DNA from: Verrucomicrobiota bacterium
Lineage (GTDB): Bacteria > Verrucomicrobiota > Verrucomicrobiia > Limisphaerales > Palsa-1400
Reading direction: 5' to 3'
Length of the DNA: 53,019 nt
NCBI GenBank assembly: GCA_049510745.1
Contig: JBEKYR010000038.1
Location: 1-53,019, forward strand
Position 1 is the first letter of the stretch. Each line of letters opens with the position of its first letter. The position numbers were made by a program, and so were the translations under genes. The notes beneath the pieces are model-generated. The model did no database searches. It saw only the letters and a program-made list of their open reading frames with translations, and had not been told where the DNA came from. Below, piece by piece: positions 19,306 to 28,630 of the stretch.

Positions 19306-20955
19306 CTACTTGACGCGGAAGACGACATATTCGTCGGGGGGAGCGGCCCCGAAAACGAAGGGGGCCGGCCCCCAGCCGTCCGAATAATAGCCGGCGCCGG
19401 CGGGAACGCTCATCAGGGTCATCCAGGGCGGGGGCAGGACGCGATAATCGGCCCAGGGTTGGACGCGATCGGCGGGGAGGGCGAAGATGAAGCTATTGTT
19501 GACCGGAACGACGATCATCTCGTTGGGGACCAGGCGGGGGCTGGCCCGATCCAGGGGTTTGGCCCCCAGTTGGTCCATGTAGTACTGAAACCCCCAGTGG
19601 CCCTCATAATCGATCTCGCTGGCGCGCCCGGCCAGGGCCTGTTGCACGGACAGGGCCGCGGCGCGCGCCGCATTTGCCGCCGCCCAATCCGCCCGCGCCG
19701 CCATCAATCCGGCGCCCAGCGAGAGAAGCAGCGGCCACCACAAATAATCGATGGCCCCGGGCCGGGATTCGAGGCGGCGTATCAACAATAAAGAGGCCGC
19801 CGGGGCCAGAGGCAGGAAATTCCGGCCCGACACCGTCCAGTTCACCGCGGAGGCGAAGAGGAATGTTCCGGCAGTCCAGAGCAGGAGCAGGACCGACGCC
19901 GGCGTTCGATGCTCAAGCGCATCCGCCACCGCCAGGGCAAGCACGGCTGCCCCGCCGACGGCCAGCGCCGCGAACTGGACGACGAAGGGCCATTTGACAT
20001 GGCCGGCCTCGATCATCGAAAAGACACCCAGCGTCTTGAGGCCGACGACGAGCCCTATCATCGCCACGGTGAGCGCCAGGCCCGCGGCCAACCCCTTCCT
20101 GCCCCAGGCCGCCGGCAGAGCCGGGAGGGAGAAAAAGAGGCATCCGCCCGTAAACGCCAGCGCGGTGAGCGTTTTGGAAGCCAGACCGGCGGCCACGCGT
20201 CCGTGGACGGCATAGGAGGCCGCGTTCAGCAACAATCCCCTGCCGTAGAGCTTGAAGGTCAGCCATTGGTAGCACGCCAGAACCGCGACAGGGAATAAAA
20301 GATAAAACAGCCACCAGCCGGCGCGGCGTTCTCGCATGGCCGAGTACAGCAGCAACAAGGGGAGCAGGCAGACGCCGAAGTATTTGGTCAGACAGCAGGC
20401 CGCGATCAACAGGGCCGCGAGCCACAGCTTGATCGGACTTTTCCCCTCGAGGCCGTCGATCCACAAAAGGACCGACCACACCCACAGCGCCAGCATCGGG
20501 GTGTCGCACATGAGACTGGTGCCGGAGAGGAGAAAGACCGGCGTGGCCAGCGTCAGCAACGCAGCCGCGAAAGGATGCGCGCAAAAACGGCGCGCCAGAA
20601 AGAACGTTCCCAGCACCGCGGCCAGGGCCGGGAAGAGACCTCCGCAATGCAGGGCCGGCTCGCTCCAACCCAGGAGCCGTCCGACCGCCGCCAGATAGTA
20701 GGCGGACAGCGGCGGGTTTTGGGTGACAGCGGACATCGGCATGGGGCGCGCCTCCCAGGAAACACGGAACCCGTAGAAATCCAACGGGTCGGACTGAATA
20801 TGACGGGCAGTCCAGAGAAACAGCGGATCGTCCATGTGAACCGCCTTTCCCAGGAAAGGAAGCAGGCAGGCGAGCGTGACCGCCGTGAGGAGCACAACGG
20901 AGACGGCCCATTCCGGTTCTTTCCATCTGATCCGCTGGACCGGGTCGGTGCTCAT
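19306..20955 (-). CDS. ArnT/GT39-like (GT-C) membrane glycosyltransferase
   Basis: Multi-TM; HMDDP, NPPL, MCDTP, LTKY. Confidence 0.8.
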   Translation of the reverse strand: MSTDPVQRIRWKEPEWAVSVVLLTAVTLACLLPFLGKAVHMDDPLFLWTARHIQSDPLDFYGFRVSWEARPMPMSAVTQNPPLSAYYLAAVGRLLGWSEPALHCGGLFPALAAVLGTFFLARRFCAHPFAAALLTLATPVFLLSGTSLMCDTPMLALWVWSVLLWIDGLEGKSPIKLWLAALLIAACCLTKYFGVCLLPLLLLYSAMRERRAGWWLFYLLFPVAVLACYQWLTFKLYGRGLLLNAASYAVHGRVAAGLASKTLTALAFTGGCLFFSLPALPAAWGRKGLAAGLALTVAMIGLVVGLKTLGVFSMIEAGHVKWPFVVQFAALAVGGAAVLALAVADALEHRTPASVLLLLWTAGTFLFASAVNWTVSGRNFLPLAPAASLLLIRRLESRPGAIDYLWWPLLLSLGAGLMAARADWAAANAARAAALSVQQALAGRASEIDYEGHWGFQYYMDQLGAKPLDRASPRLVPNEMIVVPVNNSFIFALPADRVQPWADYRVLPPPWMTLMSVPAGAGYYSDGWGPAPFVFGAAPPDEYVVFRVK

Positions 20956-21115
20956 GGGCCGTCACGCTAGAGAAATCCCGGCCCGTTGTCCACCCCGGCT
21001 TCACGGGGGCGCCTTCAGCCGCGGGGCCAGCCAGCGATGGACGAACGCAAGGGAAATCAGCGGCGCCACTCTGTTGCGGACTTGGCGTCCCGGTTCCGCT
21101 ATGATGGCCAGTGCC

Positions 21116-21784
21116 ATGCGCATATTAGTCGTTGAAGACGACAACAAGATAGCGTCCTTTGTGGTCAAAGGACTCAAGCAGGCCGGCTTCGCGGTGGACC
21201 GCTGCGCCGACGGCGAGGAGGCCCTTGTCCTGGCCGAAACCACCACTTATGACGCCGCGGTGGTCGATGTCATGCTGCCCAAACTGGATGGGTTGAGCTT
21301 CATCCAGCGATTGCGCAGCCGGAAAATCCAGGTGCCCGTCATCATCCTCAGCGCCAAGGCCTCGGTGGATGACCGGGTCCGCGGCCTGCAAGCCGGGGGG
21401 GACGATTACTTGACCAAACCGTTTGCCTTTTCCGAATTGACCGCCCGGTTGCAGGCCCTCATCCGCCGCGCCACGCATACGGCCGAACCCACCCGCCTGA
21501 TCGTCGGCGACCTGACCCTGGACCTGCTGACGCGCGAGGTCGCGCGCGCCGGCCAAAAAGTCGAGTTGCAGAGCCGCGAATTCGCCCTGCTGGAATACTT
21601 GATGCGCAACGCCGGGCGGACGGTGACCAAAACCATGATTCTCGAACACATCTTCGATTACAGCTTCGATCCCCAAACCAATGTCGTTGATGTGCTGGTG
21701 CATCGGCTGCGGGCGAAAATGGACCCGGACAAGACGCGCCTGCACACCCTCCGCGGAGTAGGATATGTTCTTCGAGCCTCGTAA
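21116..21784 (+). CDS. OmpR-family response regulator
   Basis: [31 protein letters not shown]. Confidence 0.95.
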   Translation: MRILVVEDDNKIASFVVKGLKQAGFAVDRCADGEEALVLAETTTYDAAVVDVMLPKLDGLSFIQRLRSRKIQVPVIILSAKASVDDRVRGLQAGGDDYLTKPFAFSELTARLQALIRRATHTAEPTRLIVGDLTLDLLTREVARAGQKVELQSREFALLEYLMRNAGRTVTKTMILEHIFDYSFDPQTNVVDVLVHRLRAKMDPDKTRLHTLRGVGYVLRAS

Positions 21785-23150
21785 AATGCTGCGCAGTTTC
21801 GCCTTCCGCTTGAGCCTTTGGTACGCGTTGATCTTCGCGCTCAGCGCCGGCGTGCTGCTGGCGCTGGTCTATTATCTGGTCGCCGGCGCCCTGCAACGCA
21901 AGGAGCAAGAAGTCATCCTGGCGCGGCTCAAGGAGTACGCGGCCGTGTACATCGCCGGCGGGGACGGGGCGTTGAAACGGATCGCCATCGAGGAAAACAA
22001 TCCGTCGGACGAACGGTCCTTTTACGTGAATCTGATCACCAAGCGGCTGTCCAACCCGATATTGGTCCCCGAGGGATGGCTGGGATTCAAGATCTTGCCG
22101 GGACATCTGGAGGTGCAGCAATTTGAAATCAACCGCGTGCCCAAAAACGCGGAAAAGGATTTTGCGTTCGCCCGCGCCGACATGCCCGACGGCTCCCATT
22201 TGATCGTCGGACGGAGCACGAACAACCGCGATTTGCTCTGGCAACCGGCGCGGGAAACCTTCCTGCCCACCGTGGTCATCATCGCGCTGCTGGGGGTGGT
22301 GTTCGGCTGGTTCTTTGCCCATCGCGCCCTGCTGCCGGTGCGGCAAATTGTCACCACCGCCCGTGGCATCATTTCCACCGGCAATCTCGACGCCCGCGTG
22401 CCGGCGCGGCCGTCCAGCGACGAGTTGGACGAAATGGTGCGCCTGTTCAACGCCATGCTGGACAAGAACCAGGCGCTCATCCGCGCCATGCGGGAGTCGA
22501 TGGACAACGTGGCGCATGATTTGCGCACGCCGTTGACGCGCCTGCGGGGTTCGGCCGAACTGGCGTTGCGGCCCAGCGCCGATCCGGCCGCCCTGCGCGA
22601 GGCCCTGGCGGATTGCGTGGAGGAATCCGAGCGGGTCTTGAGCATGATCAAGACGCTGATGGACATCGCCGAAGCGGAGGCGGGAACGATGCGCCTGGAA
22701 CGGCGCACGGTCGATCTCTGCCAGCTCATCCGCGAAGTGGCCGAGCTTTACGAATACGTCGCGGAGGAGAAGAAAATCACCGTGACGACCGACCTGCCGC
22801 CGAGTTGCGAAGCGTCCGTCGATGCGACGCGGATGCGGCAGGCTTTTGGAAATATACTGGACAACGCTCTCAAGTACACGCCTGAAGGCGGCGCCGTGAC
22901 CATCGCCGCGCGGCGCGACGCCCGCCAGGCCGTGGTCCGCTTCCGCGACACCGGCGCTGGCATTCCCGAGGCCGAACAGAGCCGGATTTGGGAGCGACTC
23001 TATCGCGGGGACAAAAGCCGTTCGCAGCGCGGCTTGGGCCTTGGGTTGAGCGTGGTCAAGGCGGTGGTGCAAGCGCACGGCGGGAGCGCGTCGGTCACCA
23101 GCGCCGCCGGCCAAGGCTCGGAATTCAGCGTGACGCTGCCGGCGGCGTGA
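21765..23150 (+). CDS. HAMP sensor histidine kinase
   Basis: 2 [34 protein letters not shown]. Confidence 0.95.
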   Translation: MFFEPRKMLRSFAFRLSLWYALIFALSAGVLLALVYYLVAGALQRKEQEVILARLKEYAAVYIAGGDGALKRIAIEENNPSDERSFYVNLITKRLSNPILVPEGWLGFKILPGHLEVQQFEINRVPKNAEKDFAFARADMPDGSHLIVGRSTNNRDLLWQPARETFLPTVVIIALLGVVFGWFFAHRALLPVRQIVTTARGIISTGNLDARVPARPSSDELDEMVRLFNAMLDKNQALIRAMRESMDNVAHDLRTPLTRLRGSAELALRPSADPAALREALADCVEESERVLSMIKTLMDIAEAEAGTMRLERRTVDLCQLIREVAELYEYVAEEKKITVTTDLPPSCEASVDATRMRQAFGNILDNALKYTPEGGAVTIAARRDARQAVVRFRDTGAGIPEAEQSRIWERLYRGDKSRSQRGLGLGLSVVKAVVQAHGGSASVTSAAGQGSEFSVTLPAA

Positions 23151-23158
23151 ATGAGGAT

Positions 23159-23590
23159 TCACGCGTGGCTGGCTTCATACATGACCTTGCCTTCGCTGAG
23201 GATGCCGCGGGTGAAGCTGCCCGGCTTCCGTTGCTCAGACGGACGCCAGACCAGCAGGTCCATCGGAAACGGCGCTTCCACCCGGCCCCGAATCTCTACT
23301 ACCTTGTCGGTGGTCGAGCCGCGAAATGGCATGACCACGATCAAATCCACGTCCGAGTCGGGCGTGGCGGTGCCGGTGGCGTAGGAACCAAAAAGAATAA
23401 TCTTCAATGGCTGAAACTCGCGGGCGACAGCACGGCAGTACGCTTGTATCTGCGCAGCGCGGACTGGCCGGGTGCCGTTCCACAGTGGACCCGGCACATC
23501 AGGATGCCAAAACTGCCCCACCGAGTGCTGACCCGGGTGCTGCCAGGCTCCACCCGACTCCCGTCGTCCGATCTTTTCGTTGCGTCGCAT
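23159..23590 (-). CDS. Minimal nucleotidyltransferase (MNT-type)
   Basis: IILFGSYATG...DSDVDLIVV, PMDLLV, EGKVMYE; start uncertain. Confidence 0.8.
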   Translation of the reverse strand: MRRNEKIGRRESGGAWQHPGQHSVGQFWHPDVPGPLWNGTRPVRAAQIQAYCRAVAREFQPLKIILFGSYATGTATPDSDVDLIVVMPFRGSTTDKVVEIRGRVEAPFPMDLLVWRPSEQRKPGSFTRGILSEGKVMYEASHA

Positions 23591-23647
23591 GACCGTTCAA
23601 CCAGTAGCAGATGAAGTCGCCGTGCGAAAGAGGAAAACCAGTTCCAT

Positions 23648-24217
23648 TCAGTCCAATCCCAAAATCCTGCGGCCGTCGGCGGTGATCATCGACTGATGCC
23701 ACGGCGGGTCCCACACGAGGTCCACCACGGCTTCTTCCACGCCGGGCAGGTAGAGGAGCTTTTGCCGGGCCTCCGACGCGATGACCGTCCCCATGCCGCA
23801 ACCGGGGGCCGTGAGCGTCATCTTGACAAGCACCTTGCTGTTCCCGCCCGGCAGCGGTTCGAGATGCAAATCATAGACCAGGCCCAGATCGACAATGTTG
23901 ACGGGGATTTCCGGGTCGAAACAGGTCTTGAGCGTGTCCCAAACTTGCTTCTCATCCGCCGGGCCGGCGGTGTCCGGCTTTCTGCAAACTTCCTCCATCA
24001 GGCTGGTCGATGGCCCGAATCCCAGCGCGTCCGCGTCGCCCGCGCCGATGCGAAAGAGGCCGGCCATCGTGCGGACGGTGTAATTGCCGCCCAGCGTTTG
24101 CGTCACCTCCACCAGGGTGCCGGCCGGCAGCGTGACGGCAGCGCCGAGCGGAATTTGCACCGCGGCGCAATCGCGATTCAATTTGACGCCGGCTTGGTCC
24201 AGGATCGGTTCGCTCAT
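23648..24217 (-). CDS. sufT: Putative Fe-S cluster assembly protein SufT (DUF59)
   Basis: QTLGG, DPEIPVNIVDLGLVY, MTLTAPGCGMG, WDPPW; ATGA overlap with galM stop. Confidence 0.88.
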   Translation of the reverse strand: MSEPILDQAGVKLNRDCAAVQIPLGAAVTLPAGTLVEVTQTLGGNYTVRTMAGLFRIGAGDADALGFGPSTSLMEEVCRKPDTAGPADEKQVWDTLKTCFDPEIPVNIVDLGLVYDLHLEPLPGGNSKVLVKMTLTAPGCGMGTVIASEARQKLLYLPGVEEAVVDLVWDPPWHQSMITADGRRILGLD

Positions 24218-25302
24218 GGCATGGTCGAAAGCTTGAAGATAATCGTATTGCGATAGACCTGTCCGGGCTTGAGCACGACACTGGGAAAATGGGGTTGATT
24301 GGGAGAATCCGGGAAATGCTGGGCCTCGAAGCAAAAGCCGTGGCGGCGCTGAAAGACGCGCCCGCCTGTGCCCTTGATCGTTCCGTCCAGAAAGTTGCCC
24401 GTGTAAAACTGGACGCCCGGCTCGGTCGTCAGGACTTCCAAAACCCGGCCGGTCGTTGGCTCGGTCACACGCGCCGCCAGGTCCAGGCGTCCGATGGGGT
24501 GATTGAGAACAAAGGTGTGGTCGAAGCCGCCGGCGAGTTTCAATTGCTCGTCGTTGGCATCGATCCGGGACCCAAGGGCGGCGGGTTTGCGGAAATCGAA
24601 GGGCGTGCCCTCGACCGGCCGGAGTTGACCCGTCGGGATGAGCGCGGCGTCCGCCGGCACGAACCGATCCGCGTCAATATAAATTTGGTGCCCCAAAACG
24701 TCACCCTTCCCGGCCAGATTGAAATAGGAATGCTGGGTCAAATTGACGATCGTGTCCTTGTCGGTCGTGGCCGTGAAATCCAGGCACAATTCGTTGCCGG
24801 CCGTGAGCGTATAGACGGCGGTGACGCGCAACGCGCCGGGATACCCTTCCTCGCCATCCCGGCTCAGGTAAGTCAGTTCCAAGGCGGGTCCCAGCGCGGC
24901 CTGTTTGGGCCGGGCCTGCCAGACGACTTTGTCAAAACCCTTGAGTCCGCCATGCAGGGAGTTGGGGCCGTTATTGATCGCCAGGGAATAGGTCACGCCG
25001 TTCAGGGTGAATTTGCCCTTGGCGATGCGGTTGCCGAAGCGCCCGATCAACGCGCCCAAATAGGGGCTGTTGGGCCGATAACCCTCCAGACTGTCGCAGC
25101 CGAGCACAACGTCGCCCATCTGGCCGCGACGATCGGGGGCGGTCAATGAAACGACGATCCCGCCATAGTTGGTGATCCGCGCTTCGAGGCCGTTGACGTT
25201 GCGCAAGGTGAAAAGCTCAACCGAGGCGCCTTCCAAAGTTTTTCCAAACGGCGCGCTGGTGATGCCGGCAACGGAGGAGGTGGGTGATGCGGTATAAGGC
25301 AT
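24214..25302 (-). CDS. galM: Aldose 1-epimerase
   Basis: GRFGNRI, LHGG, GYPG, NLTQHSYFNL, QFYTGN, FEAQHFPDSPN. Confidence 0.95.
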   Translation of the reverse strand: MPYTASPTSSVAGITSAPFGKTLEGASVELFTLRNVNGLEARITNYGGIVVSLTAPDRRGQMGDVVLGCDSLEGYRPNSPYLGALIGRFGNRIAKGKFTLNGVTYSLAINNGPNSLHGGLKGFDKVVWQARPKQAALGPALELTYLSRDGEEGYPGALRVTAVYTLTAGNELCLDFTATTDKDTIVNLTQHSYFNLAGKGDVLGHQIYIDADRFVPADAALIPTGQLRPVEGTPFDFRKPAALGSRIDANDEQLKLAGGFDHTFVLNHPIGRLDLAARVTEPTTGRVLEVLTTEPGVQFYTGNFLDGTIKGTGGRVFQRRHGFCFEAQHFPDSPNQPHFPSVVLKPGQVYRNTIIFKLSTMP

Positions 25303-25435
25303 AAAATCAATGTTTAAATCGGAGGCAGGGAAGGATATTTGAGCCAGGATGTCAACCCATTCTTAAAGTTTTGAGCGATTCAATAGATGGAAAAAAGAAT
25401 TGTTTCCGGCGGGTTCTTCTCCCAGGCTCGTGGCC

Positions 25436-25798
25436 ATGGCAAAGCAAGTTCTGGGTCGGGATTTGGGCGCGCTGCTGGGGCGCAAGCCCAAGGAGAGCGC
25501 GCCGTCCGCGCCGACTGCGCCGGAAGGGGCGCCGGTGGGCGCGGGCGTTCGTTCCTTGATGCAAGGACATCGGGCGCCGGCCTCCGCGGCGGCGCAAAAG
25601 GGAACATTTCCGCGCTGGTATCTTTTCGCCGCAGACATCGTGCTGGTTGCCCTGGCGCTGATCACGATTTACAGAAGCCCGCGGCCTGTTTCGTGGAAGA
25701 CAGAACTTTTCTGCGGCGCAACGGTCCTTCTGGCGGCGGTGCTGGCCGTGATTGCGATATTGACGCGCGAAGGCAAGAACCCGGATTCCCGCGGTTGA
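25436..25798 (+). CDS. Small 2-TM membrane protein with ParB-like N-terminal peptide
   Basis: MAKQVLGRDLGALLG, Pro/Ala linker, two C-terminal hydrophobic helices. Confidence 0.65.
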   Translation: MAKQVLGRDLGALLGRKPKESAPSAPTAPEGAPVGAGVRSLMQGHRAPASAAAQKGTFPRWYLFAADIVLVALALITIYRSPRPVSWKTELFCGATVLLAAVLAVIAILTREGKNPDSRG

Positions 25799-25833
25799 GC
25801 CGGATTTTTCAAATAATTCCACAGGAATAAATG

Positions 25834-26664
25834 TCAGGCGCTGGCGCTGGTGTAGCGCCGGATGGAGAAACGCCAGAAAAGCTCCGACACGAAAAAACAA
25901 GCGCCCCCCATGCCGAACAATAGAAGCATCGGCCCCGGCGATTCCAGGCGGTTGAGCAACAGTTGCGCCGGCACGTTGGCCACCAGCAGCATCGGAATGG
26001 CGAAGGTGAAGAAGGCCCGGAAAAATCCCTGGAACGCCGCGTCCGGCAGCCGGGCGACGTTGAAAAGGCTGTAGTAGCCCCAGACAATTCCCTGCGCCCG
26101 CACGGTCCAAAACGCCACGCTGGCCAGGAGGAACATGAGCGAGTAGTGGATGAAGATGCCCGCCGCGGACAGGAGGAGAAAGCCGAGGATTTGCGCCGCC
26201 GAAGGCATGGCGTGCAATTGGCGCGCGGCGTAGGCCATCACCGCCAGAGCGGAGGCGGCGTTGACAAATCCGCCCAGGTCCACCTGCCGCAAGGAAATAA
26301 GGAAGCGGGTGTTGACCGGCAGCAGCAGCATGAAATCCAGGCGCCCGGTGCGGATCAGATCGGAAAGCTGGGTGCAGTTGGTCAAGAAGAAGGCCTGGAA
26401 AATTTGCTGGATGAAATGGCTGGCCCCCACCAGCAGGACGACTTCCCATTTGGTCCAGGTGGCAATGTGATCGGTGTGCAGATAGATCACGCCGATGAAG
26501 CAAAGTTGGAGCGCGAACCACAACACCTCGACCACGATCCAGAGCAGGAAATTGCTCTTGAAACTCATTTCCCGGACGACGGAGTTGCGCCAGAGGGCGT
26601 GATAAATGACGGCGTAGCGCCGCAGCCGCGCCGTGAAGTTGGAAGATTCAGGCATCGGGTTCAT
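25834..26664 (-). CDS. ABC-2 family permease (DUF990-like)
   Basis: IRTGRLDFMLLLP, multi-TM; ATGA overlap with the upstream permease. Confidence 0.85.
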   Translation of the reverse strand: MNPMPESSNFTARLRRYAVIYHALWRNSVVREMSFKSNFLLWIVVEVLWFALQLCFIGVIYLHTDHIATWTKWEVVLLVGASHFIQQIFQAFFLTNCTQLSDLIRTGRLDFMLLLPVNTRFLISLRQVDLGGFVNAASALAVMAYAARQLHAMPSAAQILGFLLLSAAGIFIHYSLMFLLASVAFWTVRAQGIVWGYYSLFNVARLPDAAFQGFFRAFFTFAIPMLLVANVPAQLLLNRLESPGPMLLLFGMGGACFFVSELFWRFSIRRYTSASA

Positions 26665-27461
26665 CCTCCAACGGCGGAATACTTGCGAATGCCGCGGTTC
26701 CACACCGCCCGCGCCAGCAGGTAAAAGAGCAGCGTCCAGCCCGCCTCCATGCCCAGCCCCTGCCAGAGAGCGGCGCCTTTGACCTGTCCCAGATAGACGC
26801 TGACGGGAAAAAAGAGCAGGTACGGAAAGGGCGTGCAGTTGAGCGCCTGTTCGACGGCGGGAGGCAGGATGTTGAGCGGAAAGAGATGGCCGCCGGCGAT
26901 ATACTCGAAGGCAAACATGATGAAGATGAACGTCGAGACTTCCAACAGCCAAAAGGCCGCCAGCGCCATGGTGTAGGACATGAAAAATTGCAGCAAACCG
27001 GTCAGGAGCGTCGCCAAGAGAAAGCAGCCCAAGGCCGTCCCGTCCGGCGGCGCGACCAGGTATTTGCGCATGAAAAAGACAAAGCATCCGACGGGCACGA
27101 GGGAGACGGCGGTAAAAATGATTCTTCCGGAGAAAAAGAGGCAGAGGCGGTAGGCCAAATAATTGATCGGCTTGAGCAGGAACTGGCTGATGTTGCCGTC
27201 CTTGATGTCGGCCGCGATTTGCCAGTCGTCCTCGTTGACGGCGGTGAGGGTATCGACAATCGTGACAAGCAAATAATAGGAGGTCATGCCCGCCAGGCTG
27301 TAGCCGGCGATCTGGGAGCTTTGACCGCGATAGACCGCGCGCCAGAGGTAAATGGTGGCCAGCAGCGGAATCAGACCGAAGGCCGCGCGCACGAAGAAAT
27401 TGACCCGGTAAACGAGCGTGTTCTCGAAGCCGATCTTGATGACGTGCCAGTATTTTTGCAT
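26661..27461 (-). CDS. ABC-2 family permease (DUF990-like)
   Basis: YRVNFF, IKDGNISQFLLKP, GHLFPL, ends YSAVGG. Confidence 0.85.
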   Translation of the reverse strand: MQKYWHVIKIGFENTLVYRVNFFVRAAFGLIPLLATIYLWRAVYRGQSSQIAGYSLAGMTSYYLLVTIVDTLTAVNEDDWQIAADIKDGNISQFLLKPINYLAYRLCLFFSGRIIFTAVSLVPVGCFVFFMRKYLVAPPDGTALGCFLLATLLTGLLQFFMSYTMALAAFWLLEVSTFIFIMFAFEYIAGGHLFPLNILPPAVEQALNCTPFPYLLFFPVSVYLGQVKGAALWQGLGMEAGWTLLFYLLARAVWNRGIRKYSAVGG

Positions 27462-27488
27462 GGTGCGCCGCGAGGGCCAACGCCGGCC

Positions 27489-28076
27489 TCAGGGCGGGGG
27501 CGAAGGGGCGGTGAAGGCGGCCAGGGCCGCTTCCAGCCGTTCCAACGGCAGGCCGATGACGTTGCTGAACGAGCCGGAAATCGACGCCACCAGAACGTCG
27601 CCCTTCTCCTGAATGCCGTAGGCGCCGGCTTTGTCCAGGGGATTGACCTGGGCGTGGTAGCGCCGGATTTGCGCCAGGGTCAGCGGGCGAAAGGTCACCT
27701 CGGTCTGCTCGGAAAAAAGCAATTGGCGATGCGCCCGCAAATGGATCAAACACACTCCCGTCACCACCAGGTGGGTCTTCCCCTGTAGCGTCAAGAGCAT
27801 TTTCTCGGCTTCCGCCAGGGTGGCGGGTTTACCGAAAAGGGCGTTGCCCAACGCGACCACGGTATCGACGCCCAGGGTGAGGGCGTCGGGAAACTTTTTG
27901 GAAACGGCGCGGGCCTTGCGGTAGGCGTTGATTTGGGCGACTTCGCCCGCGCTGAGTTGGCCGCCCGGCACTTCGGGGAGGTCAGGGGGGACGATTTGAA
28001 ATTCCAGGCCGAGTTGCCGCAACAATTCGGCGCGGCGCGGCGAGGCTGACGCCAGGATAAGGATCGGAGTGTTCAT
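27489..28076 (-). CDS. maf: Maf family nucleoside triphosphate pyrophosphatase
   Basis: LILASASPRRAELL, GVDTVV, GKP, DKAGAYGIQ, NVIGLP. Confidence 0.93.
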   Translation of the reverse strand: MNTPILILASASPRRAELLRQLGLEFQIVPPDLPEVPGGQLSAGEVAQINAYRKARAVSKKFPDALTLGVDTVVALGNALFGKPATLAEAEKMLLTLQGKTHLVVTGVCLIHLRAHRQLLFSEQTEVTFRPLTLAQIRRYHAQVNPLDKAGAYGIQEKGDVLVASISGSFSNVIGLPLERLEAALAAFTAPSPPP

Positions 28077-28630
28077 GGCCAACATTCCCTCTCGGATTCG
28101 GTTCGCCGAATCGTCCGGGAAAACTACGGCACTGGCAGGGCCGTTGCAACTGTTTCCGGGGCCTGAGGGTGATTTGGTTTGATTTAACCGCAGAGAGCGC
28201 AAAGACCACAGAGATAAAGGCTTGCAACGGACAGAATCCCAAAGAACCGACAAACCCCCAAAAAAAATGTTAAATGTGTTCCGCGCCGACGAGATTCTTC
28301 TGCCAAAAACAGGAATTCTCAAGCTCCGCGATTTGTAAGCTGCTTTTGTTGTGTGGGTTGGAAGCGAATCAGTGAGTGGCTGTCCGAAGTGAGAAGGATG
28401 AAGGATGAAGGAAGAAGTGAGTGGGCGGCGCGGGCGGTTACGGTTTGGGGTTGGCGGATTTCAGATCACCGTCATGCTGCCGGAAGAGGATTGAACGGCG
28501 TTGTTCAGCCGTTTCCATTTTTTTCCATTGCACACACTGGCAGACTGCTTAAAACTTCTTGCCATGAGCACAACCGACATAACCCAAACCAATCCGGCGG
28601 GATTAAGAATTCCTTTTTGCATCAATTGAC

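Noticed and set aside
25834..27753. 639-aa fused ORF
   Set aside because: Only the part from 26664 is a real permease; the extension overlaps the other permease and maf out of frame
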